From: Acaryochloris marina MBIC11017
Lineage (GTDB): Bacteria > Cyanobacteriota > Cyanobacteriia > Thermosynechococcales > Thermosynechococcaceae
DNA length: 32,000 bases
NCBI RefSeq assembly: GCF_000018105.1
Contig: NC_009930.1
Location: 145,163-177,162 of the forward strand
Reading direction: 5' to 3'
A program made the translations under genes and the position numbers. How positions within the stretch are numbered: position 1 is the first letter of the stretch; each line of letters begins with the position of its first letter. The notes under the pieces were generated by a model. That model was not told the DNA's origin, did no database searches, and saw only the letters and a program-made list of their open reading frames with translations. Below are positions 24,036 through 32,000 of the stretch, piece after piece.

Positions 24036-24944
24036 CTATGTACCGACCTGCAGAAAATCGAGAATAGCTTCGTTGACTTGCTGCGGTTGGGCTAAAGGTA
24101 AGTCATGCCCTGCGTTCTTTACGACTGTAACTTGAATATCGGGAGCAACTTTCTGCAGCCTGTTGAGGGTCTTGGGAACTGAATAGATGATTTCATTCTC
24201 ACCTGTTATGAACAGGGCGGGAATCTTCAAGGCTTGAAGTTCGGCATCTTTGAATACTTTGGCAAACACAATTGGCTGTGCTTGGTGGCTTTGAATGCCT
24301 AAGTAGATAAACTCAAACCAATCCTCAAACTTTTCCTCACCCTGACTTTGTGTTTTGATAAAGTCTTCAAACATCCACCTCGTCAGCTGCTTAAATAACA
24401 ATTTGCTGCGAAATTGGAACAAACTTAAAAAGAGTGCAAACGCTATAAACTTGACTGGAAATGGAGAAATACCAGCGGGGGCAATCAGGCAAATCTTATG
24501 GAGTCTTTGGGGGTACCTCAAAGCATATCGACTGACCAACCACCCCCCATAGGACAATCCAGCGAGGTTAATCCCTTGCTTTAACCCCAATCCATCAAAT
24601 AGCTCTTCAAGCCAGTAGTTGTAATCATCAATTCCTTTCATCACTTTCGTATAGGTACTACGACCGGGATCTGAGATGATATCGACGACATAGGTTCTGT
24701 ACTGCTGAGACAGTTCTTGGATATTCGGCAACCAATTGAGCCCATTCTCAGAATGACCATGTAGCAATACCAGAGGACTGCCTTCGTCTGGACCACTAAC
24801 TCTTACGAAGGTTTGACCATAAGAAGTATCGATGTAATGCTCTGTGGAAGGTATCGGCCATTTTTTTGCCCGAGCATCATAGTGAGCTAAGTATGTTTCT
24901 TTGGCCTCTGCTGACCTGAAGGGATGATAATCGCTGATCTTCAT
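24036..24944 (-). CDS. Alpha/beta-fold hydrolase.
   Basis: Contains VLLHGHSENGLNW (the oxyanion HG region), the nucleophile elbow GLSYGG, and a C-terminal NAGHDLP with the catalytic His. Confidence 0.8.
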   Translation of the reverse strand: MKISDYHPFRSAEAKETYLAHYDARAKKWPIPSTEHYIDTSYGQTFVRVSGPDEGSPLVLLHGHSENGLNWLPNIQELSQQYRTYVVDIISDPGRSTYTKVMKGIDDYNYWLEELFDGLGLKQGINLAGLSYGGWLVSRYALRYPQRLHKICLIAPAGISPFPVKFIAFALFLSLFQFRSKLLFKQLTRWMFEDFIKTQSQGEEKFEDWFEFIYLGIQSHQAQPIVFAKVFKDAELQALKIPALFITGENEIIYSVPKTLNRLQKVAPDIQVTVVKNAGHDLPLAQPQQVNEAILDFLQVGT

Positions 24945-24968
24945 TGGTTGGGTTGTGCAATTTATTTC

Positions 24969-26015
24969 TCAATTTATTGGTTCTTTATCATTTGGTATTT
25001 GTTCCAGTTGCTCTTGCAATACTTCAATAGGCGGAAGTTTGTCTTGAACGGGTAGGGGTAGCTGATCACCAAGGTGATAGGTGGAAACGCCAATGGCTTG
25101 GTTCATATCTCGCAATGAGTATTCAATGATGGTTTGATTCTTAGATTTGCAAAGGATTAAACCAATCGTCGGTTGATCACCAGGTGATCTGAGCAGATCA
25201 TCAACTGCTGCCACATAGAAGTTCATTTTCCCTGAATATTCAGGCTTAAACCCTGTCATCTTCAATTCGATGACGACATAGCAGTGCAGGCGGACATGAT
25301 AAAACAGCAGATCTAAATAGAAGTCTTCTCCTCCAATGGTTAACGGGTACTGATTCCCTAAAAAGGCGAACCCAACTCCTAGCTCTAGTAAAAAATCTCG
25401 CATGTGATGCAGGAGAGCGTTTTCCAGATCGCGCTCTTGGACCTCTTCAGCGATACCCAGAAATTCTAAGTGGTAGGGATCTTTGAGCAATGCTTGGGCT
25501 AGGTCTGATTGAGGTTGGGGTAAAGCACGGTCAAAATTGGTGATCGCGCTTCCTTGTCGTTTGTGTAGATCGCTTTCAATTTGATGGACGAGAACACTCC
25601 GACTCCAGCCATTCTCAATGGTTTTCTGGCTGTACCATTGCCTAATCTGTGGGTCTTTTACCTTGTCTAAAAGAACGCAATTATGAAACCAGGGTATTTG
25701 TGCAGCAGCTTGCTGCACTATTTGTTGATCATCATAGGCTTCTGCAAAAGCCCGCATATATTTAAGGTTACGAGCAGAGAATCCTTTCATCTCTGGGAAT
25801 TCTTGTCGCAAGTCTTTGGACAGCTGATCGATGACTTTTGCACCCCATCCCTGCTGTTGCTGACGAGTCAGGATCTCTCGGCCTATTTGCCAGTAGAGCA
25901 ATACCAATTCTTGGTTAACGGCTAGTTTGGCCTTGACTTGAGCAGCCCGTATACGAGTTTTGACATCATTCAGAAAAATGTCATATCCCTCAAATGATGA
26001 TAATGAACCTGCCAT
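24969..26015 (-). CDS. DUF1016 / YhcG-family PD-(D/E)xK nuclease.
   Basis: Contains FPEMKGFSARNLKYMRAFAEAY...DPYHLEFLGI...FLLELGVGFAFLGNQYPLTIGGEDFYLDLLFYHVRLHCYVVIELK. The D...ELK core and N-terminal helical domain are typical of YhcG. Confidence 0.75.
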   Translation of the reverse strand: MAGSLSSFEGYDIFLNDVKTRIRAAQVKAKLAVNQELVLLYWQIGREILTRQQQQGWGAKVIDQLSKDLRQEFPEMKGFSARNLKYMRAFAEAYDDQQIVQQAAAQIPWFHNCVLLDKVKDPQIRQWYSQKTIENGWSRSVLVHQIESDLHKRQGSAITNFDRALPQPQSDLAQALLKDPYHLEFLGIAEEVQERDLENALLHHMRDFLLELGVGFAFLGNQYPLTIGGEDFYLDLLFYHVRLHCYVVIELKMTGFKPEYSGKMNFYVAAVDDLLRSPGDQPTIGLILCKSKNQTIIEYSLRDMNQAIGVSTYHLGDQLPLPVQDKLPPIEVLQEQLEQIPNDKEPIN

Positions 26016-26204
26016 GAACGTCCCTAGCGTTGTCCATAGCTGTTATACCGCTTGTCTAAAGCCGTGGCAATTCGTCTAATCGATTAGTGGCTTTACTGGG
26101 GGATGGTGTTGCTGATTCAGCTTAAAACTCTTTCAAAAAAAATATTTTGAAGTTTCAGATACCTAATAAATGCACTAAAACTTCAATTTCTTTTAGGATA
26201 CAAA

Positions 26205-26495
26205 CTATTTTCTTGATTGCTGATGGGTTGAAGTTTTCATTTCTGCTGTGGTGTATGACAGAACAATCAAATCTTCTAGCTCAATTAAACGAGTCCCTGG
26301 TTTCCGCATCTGGTTGATACACATGATCAACTGATTAAGGCGTTCTCCATTGAGACGTGGCATTTCTGACTTTCTCATGTTGGATATTGAATTACTACTA
26401 ACACCCATCGATTCAGCTAAGGCTGAAGTTGTGATGCCATGCTTATCCATAGTTTGTTTAAGCTTCCAAGTTATCAATGACCCATTCTCACTCAC
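26205..26495 (-). CDS. Small XRE/Cro-type helix-turn-helix regulator.
   Basis: Contains WKLKQTMDKHGITTSALAESMGVSSNSISNMRKSEMPRLNGERLNQLI. The GTG at 26495 is preceded by GGAGG five nt upstream and is preferred over the track TTG start at 26543. Confidence 0.65.
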   Translation of the reverse strand: MSENGSLITWKLKQTMDKHGITTSALAESMGVSSNSISNMRKSEMPRLNGERLNQLIMCINQMRKPGTRLIELEDLIVLSYTTAEMKTSTHQQSRK

Positions 26496-26580
26496 AAAAT
26501 CCTCCAAATTGTAAGTTAGACAAGGTTTTACCTTATATATCAAATTGAAGTCTAGTTCATATTATTTTAAATTGTTTGAA

Positions 26581-26637
26581 ACAAGTTTAACTTGTATGAT
26601 ATAAGCATAGTATCCACAAATTAGTTTGCAAAACTAA
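26581..26637. promoter_or_regulatory. Two short palindromes upstream of the HTH gene; candidate operators.
   Basis: acaagtt-t-aacttgt lies at 26581-26595 and ttagttt-gca-aaactaa at 26621-26637. Confidence 0.3.
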
Positions 26638-27136
26638 CGTATAAATACCTGGTGTAAGAGCTTACAGATGGAAAATTCGACCTTACTTCTATAGTCCAAA
26701 CCATGTCGATTGAAATAGTGTCCAGTGGATATTGGATATTGGAATAAAGTGTTTAATCCAACAAACAATCGATCTCGTTCAACAAAACTGGTCTGAGTCT
26801 TCCAAGCAGTTCTTCAGGTAAATTAACCATTCTGCAATAAGCCATTGATACTTCATTCACTCAAGTTGTCGATGTGCAAACCAAAAATCTATTTACAGGG
26901 AGGTGATTATTTGATAGCTTTAGTGCAAATTTATCTATCCTTAATGAGAAAGATTATTATCTAGCTACGTAATTCTCATTCCGTTCTCTGGCCTGAAGAT
27001 AGAGAGAACACCAACATTAAATAAATGTCTACCGGGGGGTATGACATGAATAACCCATATAGATCACATCCTGCAACAACTTCAGAATTCCTAGCTTTTC
27101 ATTCCATTCTGCCTAGATTGCCAACCAAAAACTGCT

Positions 27137-27182
27137 CTCTAACCGCTTCCAAACAATCAGAGAGCCATAAACCTTAAACACA
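27137..27182. repeat. 46-bp direct repeat, copy 1 (43/46 identical to copy 2).
   Basis: ctctaaccgcttccaaacaatcagagagccataaaccttaaacaca. Confidence 0.85.
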
Positions 27183-27229
27183 ACAATAGGCTGAGCAAGG
27201 TCTTCAGCCTTACATAAAATTCAAAGACC

Positions 27230-27275
27230 CTCTAACCGCTTCCAAACAACCAGAGGGCCATAAACCTTACACACA
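27230..27275. repeat. 46-bp direct repeat, copy 2. It ends 26 nt upstream of the second sigma-factor ATG.
   Basis: ctctaaccgcttccaaacaaccagagggccataaaccttacacaca, 93 bp from copy 1. Confidence 0.85.
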
Positions 27276-27301
27276 GATTACGGATCTGAAAGGTTTCAAT
27301 T

Positions 27302-28585
27302 ATGGTAGCCACACTTGTATCGGATCGACAATCGAATTTATCAGAATTTAATGACCGTCAGTCGCAATATACTCTGATTATCCAGGCGCAAGCTGGGGAT
27401 TTAAGGGCTAGAGATCGATTTATTCGCCAAAATGAAGGTCTTGTTTTTCAACAAGCTCATAAATTCCGAGGATTAGCAGACTGGGACGATCTAGTTAATG
27501 CAGGAAATCTTGGGTTAGCCATTGCCATCCAAAAGTTTGATGTTGCCAAAGGCTATAAGTTCAGTTCCTATGCCGTCAAGGTTATTAGAACTGAAATCAG
27601 ACGATTGATCCATGAGTTCAAGGGAATTAGCATTGAAATCTCCTTGCACCTCAAGGAGATTGAACAAGCCTCTCAAGCCATAAGGATGGACTTAGATCGA
27701 GAACCTACGATCACAGAGCTATCTGATGAGACGGGGTATTCCCAGCAGGTGATTTTCAATGCTTGGAATAAAGCGAACGTCGTTGAAACGGCTAGCTTGA
27801 ATATTCCTTTGAATGATGATCAAGGTTGCGAACAGCTCGATGTCATTGGGGTTGATGACCGAACTTGGGAATTCACTGAAACCCTCGATCAGAAGAACTA
27901 TATTGCTCAACTCCCAGATCGAGAGGCTTTTATCGTCAGAGCCAAACGAGACGGTTTCAGCAACAAAGAGATCGGAACAATGTTAAGTCTGTCTGGTGAG
28001 AGAGTCAGACAACTGTTGAAACAAGCTCGTGCCTTTCTCAAGCACTTAATGACTTACGGGGCTTGTTTCGTTCAGTTTCCCAAGCCTGTTCCAATTTCTC
28101 CAGTGAAGAGTAATAAGCAAGTCCTAAAGCGAGTGGACGCTACACGTCTGGGTGGACGCATCGGCAAGGTCATTACACAGGTTTTCAATCCATTTAAGGA
28201 GTGGCTGATTGAAGAGAACGGAGGGCTAAACCATGCTCAGGAACATTTTTTGGATTTTCGTCGGTGTAGCAATCACGGGGCTGTTGATGTCGCGAGGCAT
28301 CAACTTACCCCAGTGAATCAGCGATGCCATCAACTGGAGAGACCTCAAGTCAATTGGCTAGGATATCTGGGATTCAACCCAGTAATTCTCAATATACTTT
28401 TACTGCCATTAGCGCTTGTATCTAAGAGCATTAGAGGATTTCAGAACAATGATAGACCGAACATAAGGAGGCCAATGATGTCGTTTGTTATTACAGGTGT
28501 ATTTGGAGATGTAGGCATCGGATATTGGAAAGAACACCCTCGACCGCCGAATGATTGCCCAGAGACTAACGAAAGTTTGCACTAA
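27302..28585 (+). CDS. Sigma-70-family sigma factor with a C-terminal extension of about 170 aa that contains hydrophobic segments.
   Basis: Region 2 is DDLVNAGNLGLAIAIQKFDVAKGYKFSSYAVKVIRTEIRRLI. Region 4 is LPDREAFIVRAKRDGFSNKEIGTMLSLSGERVRQLLKQARAFLK. The extension includes WLGYLGFNPVILNILLLPLALVS. Confidence 0.75.
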   Translation: MVATLVSDRQSNLSEFNDRQSQYTLIIQAQAGDLRARDRFIRQNEGLVFQQAHKFRGLADWDDLVNAGNLGLAIAIQKFDVAKGYKFSSYAVKVIRTEIRRLIHEFKGISIEISLHLKEIEQASQAIRMDLDREPTITELSDETGYSQQVIFNAWNKANVVETASLNIPLNDDQGCEQLDVIGVDDRTWEFTETLDQKNYIAQLPDREAFIVRAKRDGFSNKEIGTMLSLSGERVRQLLKQARAFLKHLMTYGACFVQFPKPVPISPVKSNKQVLKRVDATRLGGRIGKVITQVFNPFKEWLIEENGGLNHAQEHFLDFRRCSNHGAVDVARHQLTPVNQRCHQLERPQVNWLGYLGFNPVILNILLLPLALVSKSIRGFQNNDRPNIRRPMMSFVITGVFGDVGIGYWKEHPRPPNDCPETNESLH

Positions 28586-29087
28586 TCAAGCAGCGAATCT
28601 CTTCATTCTGATACGAGGAATTAACCGATGTTTTTCTTCTTCGGATCATATTGCCTCAGATCCTGAAACCCTTGATGATCTTTTGTTTTAAAGCCTTTGC
28701 GTATTGAGGGCTGAAGCGTAGTATGGTTCACTAAGAATCTTTGTATTTTTCCCCAGGAGGTGACGATGCCCTAAAAAAAAGGAATCCCAGCTACGGAAAT
28801 AGCCAGGGCTCCAGGAAAAAACAAATATTTTTTCGAGATTGCGGGATCTAACTGATTGCTTTGAGCGGGCAGAAAGTTAGTGATCCACGAGGTGTGTTCT
28901 CATTATTCTAGAACAGCCGACTTTGTGCTGCAAGAATTTTGTAATTGAACTTTACTTATAACACCTCTCTATCTCGCTACTGATAAACGATAGAGGGACT
29001 TTCCATGCTTTCTATATTCGTGTATCCTGAGCCGCTAATGGTTCGGGAATCGACTCATATACCCATGCATCATCAAGGAGGCCATCA

Positions 29088-32000
29088 ATGACCTCCACCA
29101 CCTCACTCAATCTGAACACACCTCACCTTGGCTTTGGCACCTCAACGAGAACCCCATCTAAGCTGACCCCCTTCCGAGGAGCAAACCACTGCCCCATCTG
29201 TGACTCCCACGATGGCCGCTGCCGGGGCGGTGGTGAAATCGTTCTCTGCATGTCCGAGACTCAGGACATCGGTGTCGTCAACGGCTACAAGTTCCGCAAG
29301 CTCACCAAAAACTATCTCTGGGGCATCTGGGCACCCCACGCGAGTGAAGACTTCAATGCCATTGACTGGGAAACCCGCAAAGCCTTAAGGGAAAAGCAAG
29401 CAGAAGAAAAACGACAACAGCGGATTGCCAGAGAGCTGCCCCCACAACTCCGCGATCAGCAATATCGACAACTCCTCTCTGACCTCTCCCTCTGCTCAAT
29501 GGATCAGGGAGACTTAGTTCGTCGGGGCATGTCCCAAGCTGAAATTGATGGCTTCCCAGCCTTCTCCGTGGGCCAGTTCCAGCGAGTCCAAGACCTGTCC
29601 CCAGATCTGCCCGGTGTCTTACCCGGTGGCATCCTCAATTCTCAAGGGGGCTATCTCTGGCCCCTCTACAATGTCCACGGTCAAATCACAGCGTTGCAGC
29701 TCAGGAAGCGGAATGTTGATAAAGACAATCGCTACATCTGGCTATCCAGCTCTACCAAACGCAATCCCAACGGCAATGGTCCTCATGTTAACGGCGAAAT
29801 TCCTTTAGCCATCTACAAGTCCTTTGGTCCATACTCTCGGATTGCCCTCGTTGAAGGAACGGGGGTTAAACCCTATTTACTCTCTCAACGATTAAATCTA
29901 CCCACGATTGGAGCAGCGGGGGGACTCTGGGCTTCCTCTCCTGAAACCTTGCAGGAAACCCTGACCGTCTTATCGAAAGATGCTGAGCAATCCCCAATTA
30001 TCACCCTCTATCCAGATGCGGGTGCTGTGCGGAATCTCAATGTCTTCCGTCAGTATCAGCGAGTCATCCGCTTACTAGAAGAATGGGGCTATTCCGTGGA
30101 AGTGGCCTGGTGGGGACAGACCTACAAGGAGAACTCCTGCGATATAGATGAACTCACCTCATTGGAACTAGCTCAGATTGGGTTCAAGCCCACTTGGTTC
30201 TTCAATAGCTTGGGTCTGGAATATGAACTGGGTCAGTTATTTCTGAAGCTCAATGGCTTATCGGATCAAGCCACGACGATTATCAACAAACAGTACATCG
30301 AACTCTCGGATCTAGGCACGATTGATCCGGGGTCCGTCGTCGCTATTGCATCCATGTGTGGCACGGGCAAGACGGAGATGCTGAAGTCGCTGGTGGGCCA
30401 GGTCAAGGGCCAGGTGATTATGCCAGGGTATCGGAATAACCTGCTGTTTAATACTGAGGACCGATTCATTGAACAAGACGCCAACGGCAATACCCTCTAT
30501 AAGCTGATTCACTTGTTCCGACTCAACAAGGAATACCAGGGCAATATCAGCATGGGCTTTCGCTCTGAACGGTCCATCCTGCTCTGCTTTGATAGTCTTC
30601 TCAAGATTGAACTTGATGATATTGAACCCGATAGCTGCATCATCCTAGATGAAGCCGATGCTGCTTTATTCCATGTTCTCAGTGGTCAGACCTTGGGGGA
30701 TCGGCAGAATCAGATCTTGGAGCATTTTCATGCGATCGCAAACCGGGTCTTAGAAACTCGGGGCAATATCATTCTCTTAGAAGATTCCCTGTCTCAAATT
30801 CCCATTGACTATATCAAGGGCATTACAGGCGGGAAGTACAACACTAAGATTGTCGTTAATGAATACAAGCCCGATGATAACTTTCCCACGAAGGTGTTCT
30901 CTGGGCAGACTTCTCAGTTTCTAGAGAGAATCCTCAATGCCGTAGCCGCCAATGAGCGGTTTATCGTTGTTGCGACCTCTCAGGAATTCCTAGAGAAGTT
31001 AGAGCGGATGATTGCGGAGATGAACCCGGAGTTTGCCAAGGGGATTTTGCGTCATGACCGCAAGACTTCGGAGCGCACGGAGAACAAGATATTCCAGGCC
31101 AATCCCACGGAGTTTGTCGAGGACTATCAACCCACGGCATTATTTTTGAGTCCCACGGCAGAAAGTGGGGTCAGTATTGACGAACCTCGTCTGATTCCCT
31201 ATTTCAGTCGAGTCTTCTGCTATGCCTCATCCAACCATGCCCGCAGTGTCTATCAGCAGCTCTGGCGATATCGGGCCAAGGTCACTCGTGAAATCTATGT
31301 GACTCGCAAGGCTCATATCCCTGATATTCCTTCGATTAAGTCCGTGGAACAAGTCATCATGCTCCAGTCCAAATATGGACAAGATGTGGCTGCCTCCATT
31401 GATTTAGAACAGCAGTTGATCCATGACCAGTCCCCGGAAACGGCTCAGCAGTTAGCGGCACTGAAAGCCTATCAGCAGAATCCCAACAACTGTCACAACG
31501 TCAGCTTTGCTCGATATCAGACTCGCTCGATTGCCTCACTGTTAGCTCTCAGAGAGTCCTTGATGCTGTTGCTGGAGGATCATGGACATCCTATTGAGAT
31601 GGAGGAACTGAGAGACCGCAATGCCGATATCGTCGAGTCCTTCAGTAAGGTGCGGAAGCAGATGGAGCGGGAGACAGCCGTCATGATGGGGACGGCAGAC
31701 GGGGAGCGATTCACGGTGGAGCAGGCCATACGAGTGATGGGGAGTTCTTCTGCCACCTATAAAGATACGTTGGATGCCAAAAAAGTCTTACTGCAAGATG
31801 AGCTGCCCGGTGTGGACCTTACAGATGAGTTTATTCATCAAGTCTGTGTGGAACATCGAGGGCGGTTGAAGAGTGCCACGAAGTTGCATTGGATGTCTTA
31901 TCACCCTGAAATTGCTGAGGAATTAGACCGGAGAAACTTTATGAAACAGCTCAATAGTCAGTTCGTTCTCACTCATCGGTTAACCAATAATCGCATCCAG
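29088..32000 (+). CDS. Large Zn-ribbon + Toprim-like (DUF3854-type) + P-loop helicase protein. It resembles the cyanobacterial plasmid replication proteins called CyRepA. The C-terminus runs off the window end.
   Basis: The frame is open for 971 codons from the ATG at 29088 (AAGGAGG seven nt upstream) to nt 32000, so it is not in the ORF track. It has CPICDSHDGRC (29190-29222), IALVEGTGVKPYLL...LYPDAG (Toprim-like), Walker A MCGTGKT (30354-30374) and Walker B IILDEAD (30639-30659). Confidence 0.7.
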   Translation, partial: MTSTTSLNLNTPHLGFGTSTRTPSKLTPFRGANHCPICDSHDGRCRGGGEIVLCMSETQDIGVVNGYKFRKLTKNYLWGIWAPHASEDFNAIDWETRKALREKQAEEKRQQRIARELPPQLRDQQYRQLLSDLSLCSMDQGDLVRRGMSQAEIDGFPAFSVGQFQRVQDLSPDLPGVLPGGILNSQGGYLWPLYNVHGQITALQLRKRNVDKDNRYIWLSSSTKRNPNGNGPHVNGEIPLAIYKSFGPYSRIALVEGTGVKPYLLSQRLNLPTIGAAGGLWASSPETLQETLTVLSKDAEQSPIITLYPDAGAVRNLNVFRQYQRVIRLLEEWGYSVEVAWWGQTYKENSCDIDELTSLELAQIGFKPTWFFNSLGLEYELGQLFLKLNGLSDQATTIINKQYIELSDLGTIDPGSVVAIASMCGTGKTEMLKSLVGQVKGQVIMPGYRNNLLFNTEDRFIEQDANGNTLYKLIHLFRLNKEYQGNISMGFRSERSILLCFDSLLKIELDDIEPDSCIILDEADAALFHVLSGQTLGDRQNQILEHFHAIANRVLETRGNIILLEDSLSQIPIDYIKGITGGKYNTKIVVNEYKPDDNFPTKVFSGQTSQFLERILNAVAANERFIVVATSQEFLEKLERMIAEMNPEFAKGILRHDRKTSERTENKIFQANPTEFVEDYQPTALFLSPTAESGVSIDEPRLIPYFSRVFCYASSNHARSVYQQLWRYRAKVTREIYVTRKAHIPDIPSIKSVEQVIMLQSKYGQDVAASIDLEQQLIHDQSPETAQQLAALKAYQQNPNNCHNVSFARYQTRSIASLLALRESLMLLLEDHGHPIEMEELRDRNADIVESFSKVRKQMERETAVMMGTADGERFTVEQAIRVMGSSSATYKDTLDAKKVLLQDELPGVDLTDEFIHQVCVEHRGRLKSATKLHWMSYHPEIAEELDRRNFMKQLNSQFVLTHRLTNNRIQ

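Noticed and set aside
28233-28316. 27-codon hydrophobic ORF (MLRNIFWIFVGVAITGLLMSRGINLPQ) with a GGAGGG Shine-Dalgarno sequence, in another frame inside the sigma-2 extension.
   Set aside because: It is too short to support from sequence alone, and it overlaps a long open frame that is unlikely to be open by chance. It is worth a look only if ribosome profiling is available.
29065-29091. Mini-ORF MHHQGGHQ overlapping the rep-like start as ATGA.
   Set aside because: It is only eight codons and contains the gene's own Shine-Dalgarno sequence (AAGGAGG). It is most likely a coincidence of the RBS sequence.
1-32000. Search for tRNA, rRNA, tmRNA or group II intron signatures in the intergenic gaps.
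   Set aside because: Scanning the gaps by eye (3893-4108, 7139-7618, 8435-8787, 9187-9344, 21317-22111, 23787-24035, 26016-26204, 26544-27301, 28586-29087) showed no cloverleaf-like or conserved RNA motifs. A tRNAscan or Infernal run would be needed for certainty.

Overview
This 32 kb window looks like part of a cyanobacterial conjugative plasmid or ICE. All calls come from reading the sequence and the ORF track by eye; no searches were run, so family names are motif-level or architecture-level calls.

Taxonomic hints: two HIP1 octamers (GCGATCGC), a DUF1830-like gene, a CyRepA-like replication/primase-helicase gene, and an NB-ARC/TPR STAND gene.

Layout:
- 1-3886 and 9345-19757 (all minus strand): tightly packed, often overlapping type IV secretion / conjugation genes. 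They include a coupling protein, a lambda-lysozyme-like plus Cys-peptidase cell-wall hydrolase, a VirB3-VirB4 fusion ATPase, pilin-like, VirB6/8/10-like and M23 peptidase genes.
- 3893-9344: a cargo block splits that cluster. It carries an NLR-like NB-ARC/TPR gene interrupted by a single in-frame TGA, a MITE-like element, and two very AT-rich membrane-protein genes.
- 19886-21316: a sigma-70-family gene with a long C-terminal extension, directly upstream of the secretion operon.
- 21500-26500: an AT-richer accessory region with two tandem paralogous small secreted-peptide genes, a YefM/YoeB toxin-antitoxin pair, a membrane protein, a DUF1830-like gene, an alpha/beta hydrolase, a DUF1016/YhcG PD-(D/E)xK nuclease and a small HTH regulator.
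- 27302-28585: a second extended sigma factor.
- 29088-32000: an open-ended ORF (Zn-ribbon, Toprim-like, P-loop helicase).

No rRNA, tRNA or CRISPR array was recognised.

Most interesting observations:
- The split NLR with a UGA-CUAG stop context and an amyloid-motif-like tail just before the stop.
- An apparently cyanobacteria-type (MPF_C-like) conjugation system with its own sigma factor.
- An exact 17-mer plus hairpin leader shared by two conjugation genes.
- The diverging secreted-peptide paralogs.
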